DNA of 64,000 nt from Desulfobacterales bacterium (GCA_046483495.1 JAWODC010000049.1:1-64000); one strand, 5' to 3'. Shown: positions 9,336 through 19,635, counted from the first letter of the stretch. A program made the numbers and translations. The notes: generated by a model not told the origin, from the sequence alone.

Positions 9336-10388
9336 GTGAACGGGTTTGACTCAATACTAAGTCAAGACAGGCCGATACGGACGATAACCCGATTCCTTCT
9401 GAACAATAGAATTCCCCATTCGCTGCTATTTACGGGAATAGAGGGCGTTGGGAAACGAACAACCGCTCTTGCATTTGCCATGGCGGCAAACTGTTCAGGG
9501 GCGGAAGCAGCCGTTTCGGAAAAGTCCTTAACTGAAAACCACCGGCGTAGTCCTCGCATAAACGCCTGTGGCGTGTGCCGGTCCTGCCTGAAAATCGGAT
9601 CGAAGATCCACCCGGATGTTTTCCACGTTGAACCGGAAGGTTCAATGATCAAAATCCACCACATACGCGATGTCGGTCGACGTATCGCGTTCAAACCGTA
9701 TGAAGCGAGATTTCGATTTGTTATCATTGGTGAAAGCCACGCCATGAATGCTTCAGCCGCCAATGCGCTGCTGAAGCTTTTGGAAGAGCCGCCGGATCGA
9801 ACGGTTCTAATTCTCACGGCACGTGAGACCTCCGACCTTTTGCCCACGATCGTATCCCGATGTCGGCATATCCGATTCAATCCCATCTCCCAAAAAGACA
9901 TCGAGCAGCTGTTGGTGCAAAATGCGGGCATTCCCGCGGCCCAAGCCGTTATTCCGGCAATCATGGCCGCCGGCAGTTATTCGCGAGCGTTGACTATCGG
10001 CCGATCGAATTGGGTTCACCGAAGAAAATGGCTGATTGCCGCCTCCGGTTTGGACAATCCGGAAACCCTTCCCCGTCAATCCCTATCTTTACTATTGGCT
10101 TTTTCGGAAAAACTGGCTAAAAACAAATCGATGGTGATGGATTCACTGGAGGTGATGAAGACGTGGTTAAGGGATCTGCTGGTCTACCGGTATACACCGG
10201 ATCGGATAATGCATAAGGACCTGATCGACCTAATAAAAAAAGCATCGGTTGCGTGCACGGCAGGGGAACTGATCCGAAAAATCGAAGCCGTCAGCCGTGC
10301 CCAGAAGGATATTGCGGACAACTTGAATCTGCGGCTAAGCCTCGATATCATGATGCTGAGGCTTGCATCGAACGAAGAATCGTTATGA
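9336..10388 (+). CDS. holB: DNA polymerase III subunit delta'
   Basis: HSLLFTGIEGVGK, CGVCRSC, HPD, AANALLKLLEEPP, LLPTIVSRC; GTG start. Confidence 0.93.
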   Translation: MNGFDSILSQDRPIRTITRFLLNNRIPHSLLFTGIEGVGKRTTALAFAMAANCSGAEAAVSEKSLTENHRRSPRINACGVCRSCLKIGSKIHPDVFHVEPEGSMIKIHHIRDVGRRIAFKPYEARFRFVIIGESHAMNASAANALLKLLEEPPDRTVLILTARETSDLLPTIVSRCRHIRFNPISQKDIEQLLVQNAGIPAAQAVIPAIMAAGSYSRALTIGRSNWVHRRKWLIAASGLDNPETLPRQSLSLLLAFSEKLAKNKSMVMDSLEVMKTWLRDLLVYRYTPDRIMHKDLIDLIKKASVACTAGELIRKIEAVSRAQKDIADNLNLRLSLDIMMLRLASNEESL

Positions 10389-11200
10389 AAAAAATTATCG
10401 GCGTACGGTTTAAGCCGGCCGGAAAAATATATGATTTCGACTGCGGTGCCTTTGTACTGAAAATCGGTGACCATGTAATCGTGGAAACCCAGTATGGGCT
10501 TGGTTTGGGCACTGTTGTGAATTCTCCCCGTCCGCTTGAGGACGCCGAGGATGTCAAGCCGCTTAAAAAAGTTTACCGGCCGGCCGGGGAAAAAGATTTC
10601 GAACAGTTGGAAAAAAACAGGGAGGTGGAACAAAAGGCCTACGTATTTTGCCTGTCGTGCATAAACAAGCTGGGCCTCAAAATGAACCTTTTCAATGTTG
10701 AAAGCACCTTCGACGGGGGGAAGCTGACGTTTTACTTCACCGCCGATGGAAGAGTGGATTTTCGTCAGCTCGTAAAGGATCTGGTGAAGGAGCTTTCCGT
10801 TCGAATCGAGATGCGGCAGGTGGGAATCCGGAATCATGCCAAAATGTGCGGCGGTATCGGTAGATGCGGTCGGCCGATTTGCTGCTCGGCGTTTATGGAA
10901 AGTTTCGGTCCGGTTTCCATTCGCATGGCAAAGGAGCAGGGGTTGTCCCTGAATCCCACGAAGATATCCGGACAGTGCGGCAGGCTCATGTGCTGTCTGA
11001 CTTTTGAAAATCAGACGTATATCAACCTGAAAAAGGGATATCCCAAGATTGGCAAGATGGTCATGACCCAGAATGGGAAGGGCAAGGTAACACGGCACAA
11101 CCCTTTGCAGCAGAAAATCGCCGTGCAACTGATCGATGGTCCGGAAGCCGAATTCGACATTGAAGCGATTCAGGTGGAAATGAAAAAGGAAGCCGGATGA
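10385..11200 (+). CDS. ricT: PSP1/YaaT (RicT) regulatory Fe-S subunit
   Basis: GVRFKPAGKIYDF, RVDFRQLVK, GGIGRCGRPICC, KISGQCGRLMCCL; ATGA overlap with holB. Confidence 0.92.
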   Translation: MKKIIGVRFKPAGKIYDFDCGAFVLKIGDHVIVETQYGLGLGTVVNSPRPLEDAEDVKPLKKVYRPAGEKDFEQLEKNREVEQKAYVFCLSCINKLGLKMNLFNVESTFDGGKLTFYFTADGRVDFRQLVKDLVKELSVRIEMRQVGIRNHAKMCGGIGRCGRPICCSAFMESFGPVSIRMAKEQGLSLNPTKISGQCGRLMCCLTFENQTYINLKKGYPKIGKMVMTQNGKGKVTRHNPLQQKIAVQLIDGPEAEFDIEAIQVEMKKEAG

Positions 11201-13122
11201 CCTCATCATTTTATATAACCACCCCGATTTACTACGTCAATGCCAGACCTCATCTCGGGCATGCTTATACAACGATTGTGGCCGATGTTGCGCGCCGGTT
11301 TGCGCAAATGTGCGGTCTGGACACGTTTTTACTTACCGGTACGGATGAGCATGGGGATAAAATCGTCCGCTCCGCCAGAGCCGAAAACCTGAGTCCAAAA
11401 GCCTACGTTGATATGATCAGCGGTCAATTCAAGGCCTTATGGCCCAAATTGAACGTTCATTACGACCGGTTTATCCGAACCACGGAACCCCGGCACATGC
11501 GGGTTGTGGAACGGATTCTTCAGCGCATTTATGATTCAGGAGACATCTATTTCAGCGAATATGAGGGGCGATACTGTTTCGGTTGTGAACGGTTCTATAC
11601 AGAGCGCGAACTGGTGGACGGCAAATGTCCGGATCATCAAACGGTTCCGGAAAACATCAAAGAGTCGAACTATTTTTTTAAGATGAACCGATATCAGCAG
11701 TGGCTGATCGATTATATCCATCAACATCCGGATTTTATCCGTCCGGAGCGGTATAAGAACGAGGTGCTCGCGTTTTTACGGGAACCCCTGGAGGATTTAT
11801 GCATATCCAGACCCAAAAAGCGCCTCCAGTGGGGCATCACCCTGCCGTTCGATCCTGAATACGTCACCTATGTATGGTTTGATGCGTTAATCAACTACAT
11901 TTCAGCCTTGAATTATCCGGATGGACCCGAATTCAAAAAATACTGGCCCCATGTTCAGCATGTGGTGGCCAAAGATATTTTGAAACCCCACGGCATTTAT
12001 TGGCCTATCTTGTTGAAAGCGGCCGGAATACCCATCTTCCGACATCTCAATGTACACGGGTATTGGAATGTGGATGACAGCAAAATGTCCAAAAGTCTCG
12101 GCAATGTCGTAGCGCCTCTGGAAATGAAAGAGGTCTATGGACTCGATGCGTTTCGATTTTTTCTGATGCGGGACATGGTGTTCGGTCTGGATTCCAGTTT
12201 CAGTGAATCCGCCTTGGTTGAGCGCATCAATTCGGATCTGGCCAATGACTTCGGGAACCTCTTCAGCCGCGTGCTGACCATGGCGCACAAGTATTATCAA
12301 GGAAAAGTTCCGGAGGTCGATCCTGTCATAGAAAATGAATTGCAGTTGGGCCTGGATAGCGATGCCCGCCAAGCCGTGGAAGATTACGCGTCCGCTATGG
12401 AAGGATTTGAATTTCATAAAGCCCTGCTGTCCGTGTGGTCGTTCGTCGGCAGGATGAATCGATATATCGATGTGATGGCGCCCTGGGAACTGGCAAAGAA
12501 TCCGTCCAGCGGCAAGCAACTGGACGCGGTCATCTATAACCTTCTGGAAGGGCTTCGCGTTTTGGCCGGCCTGGTTTATCCGGTGATGCCCGAGACGGCT
12601 GATAAAATGCGGCTGCACCTTGGGCTGAAATCATCCAATGTAGATGATGGGCTTGCGTCGCTCAAAGCATGGAATCTGATCCGCCCCGGGATGCAATTGC
12701 TGAAATCGATTTCCCTTTTCCCTAGAATCGAGCGGGAAACACGTCAAAAGAGCCAACCGGGTACGGCGGCGGAATCCGCTTCGGAAGCACCGGCGTTCAA
12801 GCCGGAAATTTCGCTTGAAAACGTAAATGCACTTGATCTTCGTGTGGGAACGATTTTAAGTGCCCACAAAATTCCCCGAGCAAAAAAACTTCTCCAGTTG
12901 GAGGTTGATATTGGTGAAAAAAGAACGATTGTCGCCGGAATAGCCGATCACTACAATCCCGAATCCTTGAAAGGCAGACAGGTTGTTATCGTTGCCAATC
13001 TCAAGCCGGCCAAACTGATGGGCGTTCTGTCCAAGGGAATGGCGTTGGCCGCGGGCGATGAACAAAAACTGGCTTTGGTGCTTCCGGACAAGCCGCTGAA
13101 ACCAGGGACGCCGCTTCGGTAA
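11197..13122 (+). CDS. metG: Methionine--tRNA ligase with C-terminal tRNA-binding domain
   Basis: FYITTPIYYVN, HLGH, GTDEHG, YVWFDAL, KMSKS, C-terminal NLKPAKLMG. Confidence 0.97.
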   Translation: MTSSFYITTPIYYVNARPHLGHAYTTIVADVARRFAQMCGLDTFLLTGTDEHGDKIVRSARAENLSPKAYVDMISGQFKALWPKLNVHYDRFIRTTEPRHMRVVERILQRIYDSGDIYFSEYEGRYCFGCERFYTERELVDGKCPDHQTVPENIKESNYFFKMNRYQQWLIDYIHQHPDFIRPERYKNEVLAFLREPLEDLCISRPKKRLQWGITLPFDPEYVTYVWFDALINYISALNYPDGPEFKKYWPHVQHVVAKDILKPHGIYWPILLKAAGIPIFRHLNVHGYWNVDDSKMSKSLGNVVAPLEMKEVYGLDAFRFFLMRDMVFGLDSSFSESALVERINSDLANDFGNLFSRVLTMAHKYYQGKVPEVDPVIENELQLGLDSDARQAVEDYASAMEGFEFHKALLSVWSFVGRMNRYIDVMAPWELAKNPSSGKQLDAVIYNLLEGLRVLAGLVYPVMPETADKMRLHLGLKSSNVDDGLASLKAWNLIRPGMQLLKSISLFPRIERETRQKSQPGTAAESASEAPAFKPEISLENVNALDLRVGTILSAHKIPRAKKLLQLEVDIGEKRTIVAGIADHYNPESLKGRQVVIVANLKPAKLMGVLSKGMALAAGDEQKLALVLPDKPLKPGTPLR

Positions 13123-13202
13123 TCATCCTCAATCGACCGGGATGAACATGCAATAATTCCATAAAAACGGCAGCGAACCGCTGCTTCACAGTGAAAGCGC
13201 AT

Positions 13203-14573
13203 ATGAAGCGACAACTGAGCTGGAGAGACTATCAGGAATCCTTGCAACGATCAGCGCTTCGAAAGCGCCGCTTATCGCGTGCCGGTATCGGGCTGGCCAT
13301 ATTTGCGGTTTTGGCGGCTTTCGGCCATGGGCTTATCGGTTTGCCTTTCATAAAAAAATCGGATGAAGGCGCACCGTCGCAAATGCCCGGTCGAAAAAGC
13401 GTTGCATACCCATCAGACAATCTGCTGGACAAAAAAGCCGTTAAAGCCATACTGGAAAATAATGCCGCTGTCGATGCGACCGGGAAGCACTTTGAATTTT
13501 CCACCGGAAACGATGATTATATCGTAACCACCACGTTTGACGAGTCGCTTCAGGACTTCATAAAACGCAAAATCGATACGAGAACCGCACGGTACATCGG
13601 AATCGTGGTAACGGATCCCTTCACCGGCAAGATAATTGCCATGGCCAATTACGACCGCACCGATTCCGCCGGTGTATTGTGTGCTGAGAACCGATTTCCG
13701 GCGGCCAGTGTTTTCAAGATCATCACAGCGGCTGCCGTGATCGAACGCTTTGATTTTAACGAACGGAAAAAAATCGCCTACAATGGAAAAAAACACACGC
13801 TGTACAAATCTCAACTGAAAAATCAGAACAACCGGTATACCAATTGGGTAACGCTCAAAGAGGCATTCGCCACATCGATTAACCCCGTTTTCGGGAAGCT
13901 GGGTGCGCTATATCTCAAAAAAGACATACTGGAGCAATACGCCATGGAATTCGGATTCAACACGGCGATTGATTTCGAGCTGCCCTTGTCAATGAGCGAA
14001 TTTACCGTCCGGGATAATGCGTACCAGTGGGCCGAAATCGCCAGCGGATTCAACCGCATCACCAAAATTACACCCCTTCACGGAGCTCTGATCGCCGGAA
14101 CCGTCATCAACGGTGGAAAACTGATGGAGCCTTTCATCATCGAAGCGATCAGCAATGATGAAGGACGGCTGGTATATGCGGGGTCTCCGAGGCGCGTTAA
14201 GCAGGCAATATCGGAAAATACCGCACGAATCGTACAGGTGCTGATGTCCGCAACGATCAATACCGGCACCTGCAGGAAAACATTTCGAGGCTACGGGAGA
14301 GACAGGGTGCTTTCACGATTGGACATGGGCGGCAAAACCGGATCGATCGATAATGCCTCCCATGATGTGCGGCTGGACTGGTTTGTGGGATATGCCCGGG
14401 ACAAAGCCGGAAACGGCTGTATCGGCGCGTCTATTTTTGTCGCTCATGAAAAATATATCGGGACACGTGCCTCACAATATGCGAAAATAATCTTCAAGCA
14501 CTATTTCAGCGATTATTTTGCCGGCAAAAAAACCTCGGGCGGCATACCGGAAGCATCGGCAAAATTGTCTTGA
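13203..14573 (+). CDS. Penicillin-binding protein, transpeptidase domain with N-terminal membrane anchor
   Basis: SxxK (ASVFK), SxN (SIN), KTG (GKTGS), DWFVGYA; one N-terminal TM. Start 13203 or GTG 13191. Confidence 0.85.
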   Translation: MKRQLSWRDYQESLQRSALRKRRLSRAGIGLAIFAVLAAFGHGLIGLPFIKKSDEGAPSQMPGRKSVAYPSDNLLDKKAVKAILENNAAVDATGKHFEFSTGNDDYIVTTTFDESLQDFIKRKIDTRTARYIGIVVTDPFTGKIIAMANYDRTDSAGVLCAENRFPAASVFKIITAAAVIERFDFNERKKIAYNGKKHTLYKSQLKNQNNRYTNWVTLKEAFATSINPVFGKLGALYLKKDILEQYAMEFGFNTAIDFELPLSMSEFTVRDNAYQWAEIASGFNRITKITPLHGALIAGTVINGGKLMEPFIIEAISNDEGRLVYAGSPRRVKQAISENTARIVQVLMSATINTGTCRKTFRGYGRDRVLSRLDMGGKTGSIDNASHDVRLDWFVGYARDKAGNGCIGASIFVAHEKYIGTRASQYAKIIFKHYFSDYFAGKKTSGGIPEASAKLS

Positions 14574-14648
14574 TGGTCTTCTTCCCTTTTTTGCAATGCC
14601 GGCGACGGTAAACCAACATATGTTTTGTTTCATGAAAGAGAGAGAGAA

Positions 14649-15839
14649 ATGCCCGGTTTTGAATGGTTTGGTGATGAAGAACGAAAAGAAGTCGATGACG
14701 TGCTGGAAACGGGGGTTTTGTTCCGCTTCGGTTTCGATCAAGCCCGAAAAGGCCACTGGAAAGCACAAACCTTCGAGAAAGAACTTTCCCAAAAAACCGG
14801 CGCCCGTCATGCCCTGCTCTGCTCCAGCGGCACGGCCGCGCTTTCTGTGGCCCTGGCATCATGCGGCATCGGCGCCGGAGACGAAGTTGTCGTTCCGCCG
14901 TTTACGTTTATTGCCACAATCGAATCGGTGATCAATGCAGGGGCGGTACCCGTGTTTGCCGATATCGATGAAACCCTCTGCCTCGATCCGGATAGTGTTT
15001 CAGCCGTTCTCACCCCGCGGACCCGCGCCGTTCTGCCTGTTCATATGTGCGGTGCAATGGCCAGAATCGATGAATTGCAGGACCTCTGCCGTAAAAAAGG
15101 GCTGGTCCTTATCGAAGATGCCTGTCAGGCTTTCGGCGGAACCTACAAGGGAAAATCATTGGGCACATTCGGATCCATGGGGTGCTTTTCTTTCGATGCG
15201 GTGAAAACGATTACATGCGGGGAAGGCGGAGCCGTTGTCACCGATGATCAGCAGCTTTACACGACGGCGGATTGTTTTGCCGATCACGGACATGACCATG
15301 TCGGAACCGACCGCGGGCTCGAGGGGCATCCCATTCTCGGCACCAATTTTCGAATCAGCGAACTGAATGCGGCCGTTGGATTGGCCCAGCTGCGAAAGCT
15401 GGATAAAATAGTCTCGGTACAGCGCTCCCACAAGTCTGCGTTAAAAGAGGCCATGAAAAGGTTCGGAAAAATTTCGTTCAGGCAGTTGCCCGATGAAAAG
15501 GGCGACTCGGCAACCTTTCTTTCTTTCTTTCTGCCGGATGAATCCACGGCCGAAAATACAGTAAAACAGCTGGCCGGGGCAGGCGTTGACGGCTGCTTCT
15601 ACTGGTATAACAACAATTGGCACTATTACCGCAGATGGGAGCATTTAAAGCGCCTCGATTCGGCTGCCGGATTGCCTGTCCGGCTGATGGAAAATCCACC
15701 GGATTATCGGTCACTTTCCCTTCCGAAGTCCGACGGCGTTATGCGCCGGCTGATTTCCATGCAGATAAAATTGTCATGGTCCGAAAAAGATCTCAGCAGA
15801 CGGATCGAAACCATCGAAAGCATATTGGAGCAGGCCTGA
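14649..15839 (+). CDS. kdnA: DegT/DnrJ/EryC1-family PLP aminotransferase, KdnA-like (Kdo8N synthesis)
   Basis: MPGFEWFG start, SSGTAAL, EDACQA, SFDAVKTITCGEGG, DHGHDH, GVDGCFYWYNNNWHY, IKLSW; these match Shewanella KdnA as I recall it. Confidence 0.8.
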   Translation: MPGFEWFGDEERKEVDDVLETGVLFRFGFDQARKGHWKAQTFEKELSQKTGARHALLCSSGTAALSVALASCGIGAGDEVVVPPFTFIATIESVINAGAVPVFADIDETLCLDPDSVSAVLTPRTRAVLPVHMCGAMARIDELQDLCRKKGLVLIEDACQAFGGTYKGKSLGTFGSMGCFSFDAVKTITCGEGGAVVTDDQQLYTTADCFADHGHDHVGTDRGLEGHPILGTNFRISELNAAVGLAQLRKLDKIVSVQRSHKSALKEAMKRFGKISFRQLPDEKGDSATFLSFFLPDESTAENTVKQLAGAGVDGCFYWYNNNWHYYRRWEHLKRLDSAAGLPVRLMENPPDYRSLSLPKSDGVMRRLISMQIKLSWSEKDLSRRIETIESILEQA

Positions 15840-18800
15840 TGTTTTCCCGGCATTTGAATATGTGCGGCATCGCCCGATGCATGCGGCGCATTTTACATGT
15901 ACTCAGAAAACCCGTTTATTTCGGCCGAGACCTTGGAAGCGTTCCGGGGGACGGGATTGTCTTTTTTCCTTTGAAACGCAATGTTTTTTACTGCGGATTG
16001 GCCGGAATCCTATCATTCCAAAAGGAAAAACCTACTCAAACGGTAAACGTTTCCGATATTGAGCATCTCGTGGAAACGGTTTGCGCCAACAACATCACCA
16101 CGCATCCGGCAAATAAATCCGATTACCTGGGCGGAGAGGCCGCTATACAAAACCTCCTGACTGCGGTCCGGCTGTTGAAGACCGGAGAGGCTTTTTACCG
16201 GATATTCAATGACGAAAAACTTCAGGCATCATTGAGGCGATACGACGACCGTTTGAAGGCGGTGATCACAACGGATTCCGGCATCATTGCAAAACAAATG
16301 GGAAATCTCCAACCCGAAACGGTAGCCGCCATTATCGATCGTTTGGAAATACTCAAAGATATCGAGTGGTGCATAACGTCCGAGGTGCTTGAAAACATCC
16401 ATAAAGTATGCCAACTGGGATGCGACCCGCAAAACTCTCCGAGTATGGCCAAATTGCTGATATTCAAAAAAATCAATTCCGTATTAAACAGTATCGACCG
16501 TTTGGAGGTGCGGGGCCGGGACTCCGCGGGCATATCCATCATGTTCTGGATGGATCCGGTTGTATTCGCAGAATTTGAATCCGGTCTGAATGAAACGGAA
16601 CAGGGGCGTTTGTTCGGATCATACCAAACACGCCTTACCCGGGACGTTCTTTTAAATCAGGGCATCGATGTCAGTCCGTCTCGACGGCGCGACGGCAAAT
16701 CCGCCGTTGCCATTACGTTTGCCTATAAATTTGCCTCTGAAGTCGGGAGCCTGGGAGACAACATTTCTTTTTTGCGAAAGCAGATCCTGTCCGATGAGAT
16801 TCTTCATTACGCCGCATCATTTCCGATTCAGCAGGATTCGGTATGCGCCCATACCCGGTGGGCATCCGTGGGGGCGATCAACGAATGCAACTGCCATCCG
16901 GTGGATAACCATAAGTCCGCGCAAACGGAAATGTGCCCGGGCGTCATACATGTATGCCTGAACGGCGATATCGACAATTACATGGAAATCAAGCAGGAGC
17001 TCGAAGGGGCGGAGTGCCGAATGACGGCCGAAATTACCACCGACACCAAAATCATCCCACTGCTGATCGAAAATTACATCCAGAAAGGGGAAACGGTTGT
17101 CGAAGCATTTCGAAAAGCCGTAAACCGATTTGAGGGATCACACGCCATTACCATGCACACCGATTTGGCACCGGGAAAGCTGTTTCTTGCCCAGAAGGGA
17201 AGCGGACAGACCATTTTTGTCGGGTTTGCTGAAGATTTTTACATGTCTTCCTCCGAAGTGTACGGATTTGTCGAAGAAACCGACAGGTACATCAAAATGG
17301 ACGGTGAGAAGGTCGTTGACGGGCGAAACGGAAAAACCCAGGGGCAGATTTTTGTTCTGGACCAGAGCTCTTTCGGCGGTCTGTCGGGAGTCGGGGCTGT
17401 TTATTATGACGGAACACCCATCACACTGACACATAACGACATAAAACAGACACGCATCACTTCCCGGGATATCGACCGGCAGGGCTTTCCCCACTACTAC
17501 TTTAAGGAGATCTCCGAATCTCCGGTTTCGGTCGAAAAGACCCTGGAAAACCGGTGGCGGGTGATAACGGACGGACGGCGGCGATACGGGCTTCATATCG
17601 ATGACCAAACGATTCCTCCCGCCGTTCGTACAGCGCTGATGCACCAAAACATCCGGCGGATATATTTTGTGGGACAGGGAACTGCCGGAGTTGCGGCCCA
17701 GGTCTGTGCGGATGTTTTCAGCTATTTTTTGAATGATCCCCATCTCCAGGTGAAGGCGCTGAAGGCTTCGGAGATGAGCGGATTCCTCATCAACGATTCC
17801 GACGATGAAAAAACGTTCAAAGACGCCCTCGTGGTTGCCATCAGCCAGTCGGGAACGACCACCGACACCAACCGAACGGTGGACATGGTGCGGGAGCGTG
17901 GCGCCTACACCCTTGCCATTGTCAACCGGCGGGACTCGGACTTGACCTTTAAGGTGGACGGCGTAATGTACACCAGCAGCGGCAGGGATATCGAAATGTC
18001 GGTGGCATCCACAAAGGCATTCTACTCACAAATCGTGGCCGGTACACTACTGGGCCTGTTCGTGGCGGGACTGACCGGTGCACGAAACGATGCGTTCATC
18101 TCCGAGGAGATCAAACAGTTGCTGGCTATACCCGAAAAGATGCGCAGGGTGTTGGCGAGAGCGGACGCAATCGGCGATTCGGCCCGCCGTATCGCAGCGG
18201 CAAAAACCTACTGGGCCGTGGTCGGCAGCGGACCGAACAAAGCCTCTGCCGATGAAATCCGCATCAAGCTCAGCGAACTCTGCTACAAAACCATTTCAAC
18301 GGACTATGTGGAAGATAAAAAACACATCGACCTTTCGTCAGAACCCCTGATTATTGTCTGCGCTGCAGGAACCCGTCAAAATGTTTTGTCCGATATCATC
18401 AAGGACTGCGCCATTTTCCAGGCCCATAAAGCCGCACCCATCATCATTGCCGACGAGGGGGAAACTCGATTCGACCCGTATGCGTTGGATGTCTTTCATG
18501 TCCCTCCGGTGAGCGAACACCTGTCTCCGATTCTCAATACACTGGTGGGGCATATATGGGGGTACCACGCGGCCTTGGCCATTAACGAGGCCTCCACGAT
18601 GTTTTATCGCTTTCGTGAGGACATACGGCGGTTCATCGACGAACAATCGGAAAACGGCCTGGACGTATACGAGGTTGTTTTGGATAAGACCTTTCGGGAA
18701 AAAATCGCGGCATTTTACAGTGAGTTTAGAAATCAAAAATCGCAACATCGGCTCCCCGCTTTCATGGGGATCAATGCCGTTTCGGATTTGACCCTTCTTT

Positions 18801-19600
18801 TGAAATACCTTTCCGGACGCTTGCCGGTCACCGATTTTGAGCTGGATTTCGGGGAAAAAGGAACGGCTTCGAACATGCTGAACATTCTCTTCGAATGCAT
18901 CGGCGAGTCCATCAGTTGTTTATCCCGTCCGGTGGATGCCATCAAGCACCAGGCCAAGACGGTTACCGTGGGAACAAGCCGCATTCGTGAAAAGGTGGAG
19001 GGGATCCTGTTCGAGGCCTGCGGGGCTTTTGGTTTTGGTCCTACCCACCTCACCAACAGCAATGTCATGGTGCTGAAGAATCTCCAGGGGGTGGTTGAAC
19101 ACATAAACGGTGCCATACTGTACAAGATCGACGGCTTGAATCTGTTGGGTGAACCCACGGATGAGACGACGATCAACATCCTTCGAAAAACGGCTATGCT
19201 CAAGAACCTGCCGTCTCGTGTCGAAACAGATTCCCAGCTCAAGGGAACCAAGCGAATCATCGTTCGTCAGGGGAACGTCTACATCGGAAAAGGCCGAACC
19301 GACGGGCGCAGCATCCTGGTAATTCCTTTTATCAGCACAGACGCGGATCGGCCCAACATGATCGAGCATCTGCTGCTGCTCAACATTTCTTTCAGGCAGC
19401 ATGTACCTACGCAAACCAAGGTAAAGGCATTGGGCGGCAAATTCGAGAATATCAAAAGCATCGTTCAAGAAAACAGTATCATCTGGGAAGACGATTTTCT
19501 CGACCGCATGGCCATTGAAGACCTGTTCGGATTGTCTGCCGAGAAAGTTGGGGAATTTATCGTATCTTCGGTGTCCGGCCGGGACGATGGAACGGCCTAA
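15839..19600 (+). CDS. Extended GlmS-like protein (Ntn glutaminase + two SIS domains, 1253 aa)
   Basis: CGLAG, LEVRGRDSAG, HTRWAS, NGDIDN, SQSGTTTDT, VASTKAF, IKLSE, AKTVTVG; TGATG overlap with kdnA. Start uncertain (15839 or 15860). Confidence 0.85.
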   Translation: MFSRHLNMCGIARCMRRILHVLRKPVYFGRDLGSVPGDGIVFFPLKRNVFYCGLAGILSFQKEKPTQTVNVSDIEHLVETVCANNITTHPANKSDYLGGEAAIQNLLTAVRLLKTGEAFYRIFNDEKLQASLRRYDDRLKAVITTDSGIIAKQMGNLQPETVAAIIDRLEILKDIEWCITSEVLENIHKVCQLGCDPQNSPSMAKLLIFKKINSVLNSIDRLEVRGRDSAGISIMFWMDPVVFAEFESGLNETEQGRLFGSYQTRLTRDVLLNQGIDVSPSRRRDGKSAVAITFAYKFASEVGSLGDNISFLRKQILSDEILHYAASFPIQQDSVCAHTRWASVGAINECNCHPVDNHKSAQTEMCPGVIHVCLNGDIDNYMEIKQELEGAECRMTAEITTDTKIIPLLIENYIQKGETVVEAFRKAVNRFEGSHAITMHTDLAPGKLFLAQKGSGQTIFVGFAEDFYMSSSEVYGFVEETDRYIKMDGEKVVDGRNGKTQGQIFVLDQSSFGGLSGVGAVYYDGTPITLTHNDIKQTRITSRDIDRQGFPHYYFKEISESPVSVEKTLENRWRVITDGRRRYGLHIDDQTIPPAVRTALMHQNIRRIYFVGQGTAGVAAQVCADVFSYFLNDPHLQVKALKASEMSGFLINDSDDEKTFKDALVVAISQSGTTTDTNRTVDMVRERGAYTLAIVNRRDSDLTFKVDGVMYTSSGRDIEMSVASTKAFYSQIVAGTLLGLFVAGLTGARNDAFISEEIKQLLAIPEKMRRVLARADAIGDSARRIAAAKTYWAVVGSGPNKASADEIRIKLSELCYKTISTDYVEDKKHIDLSSEPLIIVCAAGTRQNVLSDIIKDCAIFQAHKAAPIIIADEGETRFDPYALDVFHVPPVSEHLSPILNTLVGHIWGYHAALAINEASTMFYRFREDIRRFIDEQSENGLDVYEVVLDKTFREKIAAFYSEFRNQKSQHRLPAFMGINAVSDLTLLLKYLSGRLPVTDFELDFGEKGTASNMLNILFECIGESISCLSRPVDAIKHQAKTVTVGTSRIREKVEGILFEACGAFGFGPTHLTNSNVMVLKNLQGVVEHINGAILYKIDGLNLLGEPTDETTINILRKTAMLKNLPSRVETDSQLKGTKRIIVRQGNVYIGKGRTDGRSILVIPFISTDADRPNMIEHLLLLNISFRQHVPTQTKVKALGGKFENIKSIVQENSIIWEDDFLDRMAIEDLFGLSAEKVGEFIVSSVSGRDDGTA

Positions 19601-19635
19601 CTGAATCCTTCCTGCAATTCTCCGGGAATTCATTC

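Noticed and set aside
10184..11209. 341-aa minus-strand ORF and similar long shadow ORFs (e.g. 56791-57864, 51315-52127, 11902-12618)
   Set aside because: Antisense to well-supported genes, with no motifs of their own
15617..15838. N-terminal 74 aa of the 1327-aa track ORF
   Set aside because: Overlaps kdnA in another frame; the TGATG-coupled ATG at 15839 is more plausible
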